Positions 48,209-57,359 of a stretch of DNA of 64,000 nucleotides are shown in pieces. Within the stretch, counting starts at the first letter, position 1. Every line of letters begins with the position of its first letter. Both the position numbers and the translations under genes were made by a program. The notes under the pieces are model-generated. The model had not been told where the DNA came from. It worked only from the letters and a program-made list of their open reading frames with translations, and did not search any database. This stretch comes from a virus (lineage: Duplodnaviria > Caudoviricetes), in the IMG/VR virus record IMGVR_UViG_3300024493_000235, positions 160,001 to 224,000 of that record; one strand, written 5' to 3'.

Positions 48209-49423
48209 ATGTTTTTTAGACCAGAAAGTGACGGCATCGCTATTCAGAAGAAAATGGTGCTAGGTTTACAGCACACATTCACAATGTTCGGGGCTACGGT
48301 ATTGGTTCCAATACTTACCGGATTAAATGTATCTGTTGCGCTTTTTATGGCTGGGGTATGTACAATTCTGTTTCACCTTATTAATCAGGGTAAAGTACCG
48401 ATATTCCTCGGTTCCTCATTTGCGTATATTACTCCCATCATAACTGTCGGATCTTTATTCGGGTTGCAATACGCACAAGGTGGCGTAGTGATTTCAGGCC
48501 TTGTATACGCGTTATTGGCATTAATCATTAAAGCATTCGGTGTTGAGAAGGTATTAAAATTCTTTCCACCAATAGTTACAGGTCCCATAATTGTGATCAT
48601 AGGACTAACCCTTGCACCTGTTGCGGTATCCTCAGCATCGAATGATTGGTTACTCGCTGCAATTAGTTTTATAATCGTACTTGTAATTGCAATTCTTACA
48701 AGAGGATTTATTAAAATGATTCCTGTACTTTGTGGCCTTGTTGGAGGATACATTGTTGCAGTATTGATGGGTAAAGTCGATTTTACTGCAGTAGGAGAAG
48801 CTGCATGGATTGGAATACCAGCTTTTACAATTGCAAAATTTAATGCAAGTGCTGTACTACTTATAGTACCTGTAGCAATTGTAACCTTTGTTGAACACAT
48901 TGGCGATATAATTGCTATCGGGACAGTTTGCAATAAAAACTTTGCGGAGGATCCAGGACTTCATCGGACTTTATTAGGCGACGGATTAATGACTTCGTTA
49001 AGCTCGATGTTTGGTGGCCCGGCGAATACAACTTACTCGGAAAACACTGGAGTAATAGCTTTGACAAAGGTTTTTGATCCATTTGTTATGCAAATTGCGG
49101 CGTGTTTTGCTATATTAATCAGTATGTGTCCAAAATTTGCCGCCGTAATAGCTTCAATTCCTGGTGGTGTCATTGGAGGAATTTCGATTGTGCTATTTGG
49201 CATGATTTCTGCTACTGGTATTCGTAGTATCGTTGATAATAAGGTTGATTTTTCGGCTCCTCGAAATTTATTCATCGCCGCCACGATCCTTGTAATTGGT
49301 CTCGGTGGTACCGGTATTCAAATCAATAATTCTCTCTCGATATCTACAATGGCTCTTGCCGCTGTACTGGGGATTGTGTTAAATAAAGTACTTCCCCAAG
49401 TTAAGATTGACGAAAAAGGTTAA
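48209..49423 (+). CDS. uraA: NCS2-family uracil/xanthine permease (UraA/PyrP)
   Basis: LGLQH..MFGATVLVP, LGSSFAYI, PPIVTG, EHIGD, PGLHRTLLGDG, NTTYSENTG signature; many TM helices. Confidence 0.93.
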   Translation: MFFRPESDGIAIQKKMVLGLQHTFTMFGATVLVPILTGLNVSVALFMAGVCTILFHLINQGKVPIFLGSSFAYITPIITVGSLFGLQYAQGGVVISGLVYALLALIIKAFGVEKVLKFFPPIVTGPIIVIIGLTLAPVAVSSASNDWLLAAISFIIVLVIAILTRGFIKMIPVLCGLVGGYIVAVLMGKVDFTAVGEAAWIGIPAFTIAKFNASAVLLIVPVAIVTFVEHIGDIIAIGTVCNKNFAEDPGLHRTLLGDGLMTSLSSMFGGPANTTYSENTGVIALTKVFDPFVMQIAACFAILISMCPKFAAVIASIPGGVIGGISIVLFGMISATGIRSIVDNKVDFSAPRNLFIAATILVIGLGGTGIQINNSLSISTMALAAVLGIVLNKVLPQVKIDEKG

Positions 49424-49607
49424 TTAGTACCTCTGGCCCGATCGGGCCAGAGGTTATTTTTTTATTATTTATATATCTATGATCCGAATCTAAAGGATAT
49501 ATAAATATACATAATCTATATAAGAAATAAGGAATTAAGATTATTAAGTTTGGAGTTGTTAACTCGTGCTTATAACAAATATTCCTTAAAGTATTAAAGG
49601 AAATGGT

Positions 49608-50204
49608 ATGATTGAGAAAAAAGCTTTTTCTATCTTCAATATAATTGAGGGTACAGATCTTACACAAGGGTTTAACCAGCCGTATCTCTTGACATGCATC
49701 GCACAAGCTATCATCGGGCAATTTCACTTGAACCCGAATCTTGAAGGGTTTACAGTCGAATCTGTTACACACCCGTTTACAAAATACGAAAGCGGGTTTG
49801 TCCACAGAATTCACTATTACCAACTTGCAATAGTTCAAACACCTTTGGATTCTCTTGGCCATATGCCGGAAACATGGAAGCCTATTATTTACGATGTCGT
49901 GTTTTACAATATAGGACTTAAAGGAAAAGTCCTTGTGAAATTTACGGCAAATATTCCGGAATGCCATGAACGGTATTACAATATTCTCGCCGGTGATAGT
50001 TTTATGGCTATGGTCAGCGATATTCAGAGAGTTATAGGCGGTAAGGTGGTTCCGTTCTACAACAACTTTGCTATCCTCACAAAAGAAGAATTTGACAAAG
50101 CTTTCCGTGATATGACGATGGAAAGTTGCGGCAAAGAAGATGAATACATAAAATACCAGCAGCGATACCTGAATCAAGGGGTATATACTCACAGGATTCT
50201 GTAA
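49608..50204 (+). CDS. hypothetical protein
   Basis: 198 aa, AAGGA RBS, promoter motif at 49506. Confidence 0.6.
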   Translation: MIEKKAFSIFNIIEGTDLTQGFNQPYLLTCIAQAIIGQFHLNPNLEGFTVESVTHPFTKYESGFVHRIHYYQLAIVQTPLDSLGHMPETWKPIIYDVVFYNIGLKGKVLVKFTANIPECHERYYNILAGDSFMAMVSDIQRVIGGKVVPFYNNFAILTKEEFDKAFRDMTMESCGKEDEYIKYQQRYLNQGVYTHRIL

Positions 50205-50243
50205 ACAATCTCGGGGCCATATGGCCCCGAGTATTTTTCTTTG

Positions 50244-52136
50244 TTACAGGTTTTTTCGCATCTCTTCCATTTTGGGAGTTCGTAAGAATTGATTACTTGT
50301 CATAACAAGATCCAAAATGGAAATAGCGGCTGTAAGAATTTGTGTGTCAACTTCAGAGCTGTTTATAATAGCGTTGTTCTTCGTTGCATCGTTAGCTCTG
50401 TGTATTTCACGTTTATCGTTTATTAACGTATACGAATCTTCGTAGTTATCATTGATGATATCATACGTCCTATCGCTTTCGATGCATTCTTTAGCGATTT
50501 TATACGACTTCCTCCAAGACCTGAATTTGTTATCGATAATGATTGCATAGGTTCTTGTATATGCTATGCAAATATTGTAAAGTATTTCGTACACATATTT
50601 ATCGATACTCTTTCTGATATTCGACGGCATGGTTTTATTAAGGGATGTAGTAATTGAATCGACAAATTCTCGAAGCACAAGAGCGTTAAGATTGTTCTTA
50701 TCGCGATTCTTATATTCTTCAAGAATTTTGTGGCATATTTTTGGAATGATTGTATTGCCACCGCATACGATTCCGCTTTTTATAGCGGACTTACATCCAC
50801 GTACAGCATCATCGAAAAGATGCTGTTTGTTTTCTTTCTCCTCGATTGTATCCCCACCAACAAAGAGAGTTACCATGTCTCCGTATAAAGCGGCTTTTCT
50901 TCTTTGTAGTAAGAAGATATTGTACTGATTGTCAATGTGTGTTTCACTTTTCATCCGATCTATTTCTTTGTCGATATCATCGATTCTGAACTTGATTCTG
51001 TCGGTGTTGTTTTTTCCGCCTATGAAACGTGTATAATTTGTAGTTGAAGCTATAATCTTATTGCACGTTCCAAGATACGCATCATACTTTTGTGGATCAG
51101 CTTCGATTGGAAATTGTTTTGCGGAATCAACTGTGATAATTGAAGCGCTTATGTTATCGGCTAAGTCTTGAAGATTTTCTTTACCGATAGAAGATTCTGT
51201 GTCCATTTCTATGCACAAGAGCTTTAATATAGTGCCGTGTTTTTCTACGAACCTTATAATCGACTGCCTGAACGATTCTCTTGATGCTTCACAGAATCCT
51301 CCTGCTATAATAACAAGGGGACGAGAACATTTGCCAATGACGTATTCGATTACGTATCGTAGCGCTTCTATATCATGAGTCATGATATGGCCTTTAATAA
51401 GAAGAATCTTCGGATTCACATATACAGCGCGTCTGCCATCAGGTTCTGTAACCATTTCAGGAAGTAGCATTCCCCGGGTGATTTCAAAACCGCGATCAAG
51501 GTCATAATGTGTTACATTCGTTCTCGATAATTCTGCGTTCACAAACCCGTGACCCGGATTTTTAAGAGAGCAAAACATATCAGATACGAGTTTTCCATTC
51601 TCCCAATCGTTATTAAGAGAGATGGATGCAACAGCTTGAATTCTCTGTTCGAAGGTGTCAGTTTTGTTATATCCGCCATCTTTGTACTCAATAAGCGGAA
51701 TTGCGTTTTTCTTGACGATTTCGTTCAGTTTTTGCCCGATTATCTTCAGAGATTCTGCTAAAAATTTAGGGGGTATGTGCCATTTCCTTGCCAGCTTTCG
51801 GATACGATACAATTCGTTCGCAATTACAACAGAACTTGTGGTTCCATCCCCTACTACATCATTTAGGCTTCCTGATATCTTTTGGAATAACCTTGCAGCA
51901 ACTCTTGCCAATCTTGGGTAGAAAACTAAGGACCTGTAGACAGTCCATCCGTCTTTTGTAGTCGTATGATGAAGCATTTGATCTTCTATGATCGTATTTG
52001 CGCCATATGGACCTAATGTGCGTTTAAAGACAGCAGATTCAAAACGAAGTGTTCTTACAATCTCCTTGTCTAGCTCATCAGGCCCCGTGACATTTGAATA
52101 CGTTTCATCTTTTCTCTTTAAAGGATTTAAAAACAT
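50244..52136 (-). CDS. phage-encoded GroEL-like chaperonin
   Basis: TLGPYG, TKDG, GDGTTS, VGGDT..E...DDAV, GGN; AGGAG RBS before ATG 52136. Confidence 0.9.
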   Translation of the reverse strand: MFLNPLKRKDETYSNVTGPDELDKEIVRTLRFESAVFKRTLGPYGANTIIEDQMLHHTTTKDGWTVYRSLVFYPRLARVAARLFQKISGSLNDVVGDGTTSSVVIANELYRIRKLARKWHIPPKFLAESLKIIGQKLNEIVKKNAIPLIEYKDGGYNKTDTFEQRIQAVASISLNNDWENGKLVSDMFCSLKNPGHGFVNAELSRTNVTHYDLDRGFEITRGMLLPEMVTEPDGRRAVYVNPKILLIKGHIMTHDIEALRYVIEYVIGKCSRPLVIIAGGFCEASRESFRQSIIRFVEKHGTILKLLCIEMDTESSIGKENLQDLADNISASIITVDSAKQFPIEADPQKYDAYLGTCNKIIASTTNYTRFIGGKNNTDRIKFRIDDIDKEIDRMKSETHIDNQYNIFLLQRRKAALYGDMVTLFVGGDTIEEKENKQHLFDDAVRGCKSAIKSGIVCGGNTIIPKICHKILEEYKNRDKNNLNALVLREFVDSITTSLNKTMPSNIRKSIDKYVYEILYNICIAYTRTYAIIIDNKFRSWRKSYKIAKECIESDRTYDIINDNYEDSYTLINDKREIHRANDATKNNAIINSSEVDTQILTAAISILDLVMTSNQFLRTPKMEEMRKNL

Positions 52137-52138
52137 TT

Positions 52139-52489
52139 TTATTGCAAACTCCTTTTTGAATGAGCGATTTTCAAGATATAAAGCGTTCCTTTTCCTTCGG
52201 ATATTTGATAGTAAAAACCATTTTCCGTAGGAAGCGGAATGTCGCAATTTTCAATGACATTGCGACAGCGAGATGTGAATCTAAAAGGAATTGAAAGAGT
52301 ATTTTTTTGCATACTTTTGAAATCAACTCTTTCGACATTAATATCCCCTTTAGATTTGTGTGTTTCACTTATGCGCTTTAGAATGTCCCATGCTGTATTA
52401 ACAAGCGCATCGTAACCCATTGCGATATCAAAACCATTCTCAGGTTTCTCACTACCGCAGAGTTGATTCACAAACGTAATTTTATTCAA
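52139..52489 (-). CDS. hypothetical protein
   Basis: 116 aa; no GroES motifs seen. Confidence 0.55.
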   Translation of the reverse strand: MNKITFVNQLCGSEKPENGFDIAMGYDALVNTAWDILKRISETHKSKGDINVERVDFKSMQKNTLSIPFRFTSRCRNVIENCDIPLPTENGFYYQISEGKGTLYILKIAHSKRSLQ

Positions 52490-52517
52490 TTCCTTCCCCT
52501 TTTTTGATTTTCATGAG

Positions 52518-52754
52518 CTAATGCTTTGCGTTTTTAATGGCGTCAGCTTGCTCCTTAATAATCTGGATACGAGCTTCAGTTAAGCTCGCTAATGTGGGAA
52601 GATCCATTTCATCTAGTTCTGTGTGCGTGAATTTTCCATCAAATAGCTGTAAGAGTTGGAGAGTATATTTTGAACTTTCGATAGCAATATCTGTTTTTAT
52701 ATACTCCCCATCCCTTGCAACTAGAACCCCTTTCGGCTTTTGGTTTCGAAAAAA
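52518..52754 (-). CDS. -1 frameshift extension of the upstream gene (T4 gp51 / tail-chaperone GT-like segment)
   Basis: -1 frame FRNQKPKGVLVARDGEYIKTDIAIESSKYTLQLLQLFDGKFTHTELDEMDLPTLASLTEARIQIIKEQADAIKNAKH*; no start codon of its own; entered at T TTT TTC. Confidence 0.6.
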   Translation of the reverse strand, partial: FFRNQKPKGVLVARDGEYIKTDIAIESSKYTLQLLQLFDGKFTHTELDEMDLPTLASLTEARIQIIKEQADAIKNAKH

Positions 52755-54643
52755 AGCGTCCGTGTATTAATGTCCCTCTGGTTAATAATACGGCCGCAAT
52801 GCTTACATTTAACGCGCGGTATTTGATATGCAACAGAGAACCGCGTTATGTAGTTTATAATCTCCTTCTCAAACTGTTTCTTTTCATCAGGAGAGATATC
52901 GGCGATGGCTTTATCGATAGCCTCTACGCGCGTATCGAGGAAGTAGTTTGCCTCACCGGTTTGATTATAGTGTTTGATATCGATAATACCGACACCACGA
53001 ATATATCCGGCATAAATCATGTCATGATAGAAGTCGTTTACAACTTCTTCTTTTTTGCCCTTAAACGAATTCTCAAGGAACTCAAAGATACTCGGAGTGC
53101 GAGCCCTGAAGAAGCGACGGCCTTTCTCAATAAAGATGTCCAAGGCCGACCATCTTTGTGTCAACGCTTGAATCCTCTTTGGATCCCATGCCATCGGATT
53201 GTTGAGTATATCAGAAATTTGTTGTTGTGCGATACTGCCAGGAGGAATACATGCCAAAGTGTTTGTATCTATTTGTACGGATATATTCTTTCCGCAGAAG
53301 TTACAATCAAATGTAAAAGGTGTTTTTGAAGGATATGTGGCGTGATACAGGCCAAACATGAATGTCTGAAGGTCCGAATATGCTGTTGCATTCATCCATT
53401 GCTGGAATGTAAGGGCACCGCAAGAGAACTCGGAAAGTTTTGAATATATGGCGTTACATATGGCCATTTCGTACGCATATGTATTATCGTTTCCTTCTCT
53501 TCGTCCAAATGTACGAAGTTCACGAGAATTGAACGGTTTTACCATACACGAATATCCTGATTGAACAGCGACAATCTGTACTTTCCTCAATCCGTCAAGA
53601 ATGTTTTGTTCAAGTTCAACTTGTCTCATCATATAATCAGGAATTGTTGAAGCTTCGACAACTGTCCGCTTTGAGATATCGATTTCTTTGCCTTGCAGTT
53701 TCTTAATTTCTGCAGTGCTCGCTTCAAATATCTTATAGTGTGTTGTCGTATAATCATTCAATTCGATTACTTGGACATCATTAAGCTGTTTTGAAGTTGT
53801 GAGATATCCGTTGTTGTCTTTTTCCAACTCTTCAAGTTGTCTCTTGTTTGCTTCTTCTTCCGTGATACTTTCAACGTATGTGCCTGGTTCAGCTTTATCA
53901 TTCACATTTTCAAGCGGAATATCTTTATTGGCATCGGCTTTTTTGACTTCTGTATCTTCTACAGTTTGAGTCATTATATTATCAGAGATATTTGTTTCTC
54001 GCCATGAAAGTTCAACATTTTGTGCCGCTTCTTGTGTATTTGCTTGTGGAGCTTCGGCTGTTGGCGGATTTTCAGAAACTGGCGGTGCTGGGGGTGGAGG
54101 CGTGTCAGTAACTGGTTGCGATTCTATCGGAGGTGTATTGGGTTTCGTTGTTGCATCGTCTACATTTTGTGGAGGTACAGAAGTATCACTTTCTTCACCC
54201 GGTATAAATGATTGCACAACACCTTTTTCATTTTCAGGAATAACCTCCGCATCCTCCGTAGTTGTAAACTGATCCGGTTTCTCTATTACAGTTGGCTGTT
54301 TTGCCGTCTGTAAAGCATCGTTGATTGTATCAAGTGAATGTGATAAACCGTTAGGCGCTTCGACCTTCGGAATTGGAACGGCATCATGTGCCACTTCAGG
54401 AGGTGCTGAACGCACTTCTTCCTTTGGCTTTCCGTCAGATACAGGCGGCGGATCCCTTTGAGCTTCGGGATCTTCAAGTCTGTGTCCGACTTCATTTTGT
54501 ACGATTTGTTGTGGGCGATCCTGATTTTTTTCATTCAGTTTTTGAAGTTCTTGCTGCTTTCTTTCTTCCGCTGAAATGGATCCAGGTATATTTACACCAG
54601 AATCAAAATTAACCATCGGCGGGATTCCATTATTCTCAGTCAT
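52721..54643 (-). CDS. baseplate hub / tail assembly chaperone (T4 gp26-like C-terminal domain) with a long P/E-rich disordered N-terminus
   Basis: VKPF..RE, DLQTFMFGLY, CNFCGK, RTPSI, CKHCG, LFF end. Confidence 0.6.
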   Translation of the reverse strand: MTENNGIPPMVNFDSGVNIPGSISAEERKQQELQKLNEKNQDRPQQIVQNEVGHRLEDPEAQRDPPPVSDGKPKEEVRSAPPEVAHDAVPIPKVEAPNGLSHSLDTINDALQTAKQPTVIEKPDQFTTTEDAEVIPENEKGVVQSFIPGEESDTSVPPQNVDDATTKPNTPPIESQPVTDTPPPPAPPVSENPPTAEAPQANTQEAAQNVELSWRETNISDNIMTQTVEDTEVKKADANKDIPLENVNDKAEPGTYVESITEEEANKRQLEELEKDNNGYLTTSKQLNDVQVIELNDYTTTHYKIFEASTAEIKKLQGKEIDISKRTVVEASTIPDYMMRQVELEQNILDGLRKVQIVAVQSGYSCMVKPFNSRELRTFGRREGNDNTYAYEMAICNAIYSKLSEFSCGALTFQQWMNATAYSDLQTFMFGLYHATYPSKTPFTFDCNFCGKNISVQIDTNTLACIPPGSIAQQQISDILNNPMAWDPKRIQALTQRWSALDIFIEKGRRFFRARTPSIFEFLENSFKGKKEEVVNDFYHDMIYAGYIRGVGIIDIKHYNQTGEANYFLDTRVEAIDKAIADISPDEKKQFEKEIINYITRFSVAYQIPRVKCKHCGRIINQRDINTRTLFFETKSRKGF

Positions 54644-54673
54644 ATTTCCTCCTTACAGAAATACATATTAGTT

Positions 54674-55267
54674 TTATAATACCACTGCTGCGACTTCTGA
54701 ATCTTCAGGCGGAGCAAATGGATCTTGATTATTTTTCGGTTTTGGCGGTTCTTTTGTCATAGTTGTAAAAATCGGAGCATCTTCTGGTGGAACAGCGATT
54801 CCTTGTAAGAAAGGATTTCCAGGTTGTGTTGGAACTTTTTGATGTCCGCTGGTGTAATCGATCCCGCTTTGAGGAATTGCAATTCCTTCTCTTCTAGCCA
54901 AATTCAATATCCCTCTTTCTTGCGCATTTAAAGGTCTTTGTTGTCCTTGTCCTTTCTGTTTCATACCGTTATTAACGTGTGCTTGATTATTTTTCATCAT
55001 TGCAACGTACATCCTTTGCCGATTTAAAGCATCCTGTTTCACACTATCAGGAATATTTGGATCATTTTTCATTCTGCTTAAGTTTGGAGCTTCCTTTGCG
55101 GCTTGTATAAGAGCAGATTGCATGTCTGCAAATTCTTCTTTCGAATAAGGAACACCATCCATTTTTACTTTTCCAGAATGAATTTGATTTAAAGGATTGT
55201 CAGGGTCTCCCATTACTTGTGCTTGAGTTTGGGAAAGCATTTTTTTGTAATCATCTATCGTAGGCAT
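54674..55267 (-). CDS. hypothetical protein (Q/P-rich)
   Basis: 197 aa, AAGGAG RBS. Confidence 0.6.
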   Translation of the reverse strand: MPTIDDYKKMLSQTQAQVMGDPDNPLNQIHSGKVKMDGVPYSKEEFADMQSALIQAAKEAPNLSRMKNDPNIPDSVKQDALNRQRMYVAMMKNNQAHVNNGMKQKGQGQQRPLNAQERGILNLARREGIAIPQSGIDYTSGHQKVPTQPGNPFLQGIAVPPEDAPIFTTMTKEPPKPKNNQDPFAPPEDSEVAAVVL

Positions 55268-55282
55268 GTATTTCTCCTTAAA

Positions 55283-55762
55283 TTATGCGACATGGCTTAT
55301 GAAAGGTGTTTTATCGATAGACACGTCTTTAACGTGTAATCGACCATTACTTGCAGATCCGTCCCATTTTATCACAGTTCCGGTTTTCAGTTCTATCGAT
55401 ATTTTACAATCCTGAGATCCGTCCGATGTCGGAGCACGTGTAGAGGGAGCTATTTCAAAATGTACACCGGTGATAAATCCTTTTTCAATGAATCTATCTC
55501 CTAGCCACATAATATCATTTTGGATTCTTTCTGTTACCCTGTCTATTTCACTTATTATCCCACCATCGGAAGCTTTTTCAGCAAATTGTATCGATGACGT
55601 GTCTAATCCGCAATCAGGGCAATCCTGCATAGTCCCAGGTCTCATATTAAGCATATTTGAAAGAGCTAATATTTTATATCCTTCTCCGTATGGGTCATTT
55701 GTTTCAAGCATGCCATTAAATTTTCCAAACTTATAACGAAAGTCTATCACTCCTTGGGCCAT
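55283..55762 (-). CDS. baseplate wedge gp25-like protein
   Basis: LNMRPGTMQDCPDCGLD resembles the gp25 T.PGER...P.FG motif; AAGGAG RBS before ATG 55762. Confidence 0.55.
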   Translation of the reverse strand: MAQGVIDFRYKFGKFNGMLETNDPYGEGYKILALSNMLNMRPGTMQDCPDCGLDTSSIQFAEKASDGGIISEIDRVTERIQNDIMWLGDRFIEKGFITGVHFEIAPSTRAPTSDGSQDCKISIELKTGTVIKWDGSASNGRLHVKDVSIDKTPFISHVA

Positions 55763-55793
55763 ACTCAATCTCCTTGATACGAAATATGTGAAA

Positions 55794-55815
55794 AACATTT
55801 CATTAATAGATTGTT
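55794..55815. promoter_or_regulatory. overlapping divergent late promoters
   Basis: AACATTTCATTA on + (55794-55805) and AACAATCTATTA on - (55815-55804). Confidence 0.55.
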
Positions 55816-55862
55816 GTTGTTCTAAAAAATAGTGAAAAATTTCTATAAAAAAGAAGGAAAAT

Positions 55863-56669
55863 ATGAAAATTCCTAATGTAAAGGTATTTAAATGTCCTAT
55901 TTGCAAGAGATCGTTCTCATCAAAGCAAGCTGTGTACACCCATATGTATAAAGAACACTCCGATGAAATACCCGACGGCATGAGTGCCGCACAGTACGCT
56001 TTTAATCTTCGTAATAATAAAGAATACGGTCTTTGTGTCCAATGCAAAGTTGGAAAAACACCTTGGAACGAAGAAGCCGAAAGATATGATAGATTCTGCT
56101 GTGAAGAATGCAAAAACGCATATGTCGCAGAAGCTAAAAGACGAATGGTTGCTAAGTATGGGAAAGAGCATCTTTTAGATGATCCAGATCATCAACAGAA
56201 GATGATGAATAACAGATCAATCTCAGGTGTTTATGTTTTTGATACAGATAAAATCGCCGTAAAGTACAACAGCCAGTATGAATATGATTTTTTGCGTCAT
56301 CTTAATTTAGGACATGGATGGCTTGGAAAAGATATCGTCCAATGTCCGTTTGCATTTGAGTATGTACACGACTGTAAGAAAAAGTTATATATTCCAGATT
56401 ATTGGATTATATCTTTGAACGCCGTTATCGAAATTAAGTCGTATCAGAATAAGCACCATAAGATTCTTGAAGTTGATGTCGAGATGGAAAAATTAAAAGA
56501 CGCCGTGATGGAAGAACAAACACAATATAACTACATTAAAATTGTAGATGAAAAATACGTGTCTTTTTCTTTTTTTGTAAAACTCATTCAAGATTTATAC
56601 TGGGATTGTAAAGATCCCGACATTCAACCTGAAGTTGCTGGAATTAAAATAATTCCGCCAAGGAGTTAG
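55863..56669 (+). CDS. C2H2 Zn-finger plus TnsA-like PD-(D/E)xK nuclease
   Basis: CPICKRSF....VYTHMYKEH; CVQC; SQYE; YIPDY...IEIK. Confidence 0.7.
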   Translation: MKIPNVKVFKCPICKRSFSSKQAVYTHMYKEHSDEIPDGMSAAQYAFNLRNNKEYGLCVQCKVGKTPWNEEAERYDRFCCEECKNAYVAEAKRRMVAKYGKEHLLDDPDHQQKMMNNRSISGVYVFDTDKIAVKYNSQYEYDFLRHLNLGHGWLGKDIVQCPFAFEYVHDCKKKLYIPDYWIISLNAVIEIKSYQNKHHKILEVDVEMEKLKDAVMEEQTQYNYIKIVDEKYVSFSFFVKLIQDLYWDCKDPDIQPEVAGIKIIPPRS

Positions 56670-56670
56670 C

Positions 56671-57348
56671 ATGCTGACAGTAATAACAAAAAATCTCTTT
56701 AAAAAGCCAAAAAAAATAACACTTGCAAGAGCCATTCAAATAATTGAAATGGAAGACCCGTATATCACAACAGATTGGCATCTTGGAAAGTTTATTAACA
56801 AACAACAGACAGAAGCTTCTTATCAGGAATATATCGAAAAGACAAAGAAAATGATTGACAGACTTCAAAAAGCTGTAAAACCTGGAAAACCGATGTTGTG
56901 TCTCGGAGATATTACAGAAGAAGAGATGTATGACGAAGATTTGATTAAATGGCTTTACAACACCGTTGTTACGATACATGGAAGTCCAAAAATTTTAATA
57001 AAAGGAAACAACGATATTTTCGATGATGAATTTTATTATAAGCTCGGATTTGAATATGTGACAAAAAGAAATATCGTATCCGATAAACTTCGAATAGTTT
57101 TTTCTCATGAGCCTGTGTCTATAATAGACATGAAACTCTCCGAAAAGGATTGGCTTAATTTGCACGGACACAGTCACGGATCCGGTAAATTATACAACAT
57201 GCAACCAGGGGATGCTAATTGTCATTTGGATGCTTTTCCGGATTACAATTGGCAAGGCGTTCAAAAACTCTCGTACTATCTTAGCATGTTTCGCGCACAT
57301 CCTGAAAAGTATAAGTGCGACGTTATTTATAAATACGGGTGGAATTAA
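56671..57348 (+). CDS. calcineurin-like metallophosphoesterase
   Basis: TDWH, LGD, KGNND, FSHEP, HGHSH. Confidence 0.85.
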   Translation: MLTVITKNLFKKPKKITLARAIQIIEMEDPYITTDWHLGKFINKQQTEASYQEYIEKTKKMIDRLQKAVKPGKPMLCLGDITEEEMYDEDLIKWLYNTVVTIHGSPKILIKGNNDIFDDEFYYKLGFEYVTKRNIVSDKLRIVFSHEPVSIIDMKLSEKDWLNLHGHSHGSGKLYNMQPGDANCHLDAFPDYNWQGVQKLSYYLSMFRAHPEKYKCDVIYKYGWN

Positions 57349-57359
57349 AGGAGACACAC

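Noticed and set aside
49401-50192. 263-aa minus-strand ORF
   Set aside because: Antisense shadow of the 49608-50204 gene, which has the RBS and promoter
52139-52489. Possible GroES co-chaperonin next to GroEL
   Set aside because: No PLxDRV or mobile-loop motif
52715-53329. 204-aa plus-strand ORF
   Set aside because: Antisense to the baseplate-hub gene
55763-56113. N-terminal extension of the 276-aa minus ORF
   Set aside because: Overlaps the divergent nuclease gene and its promoters; the real start is ATG 55762 with an RBS
55863-56669. Tn7-like transposon suggested by the TnsA-like nuclease
   Set aside because: No TnsB/TnsC genes or terminal repeats; stand-alone nucleases of this fold are common in large phages
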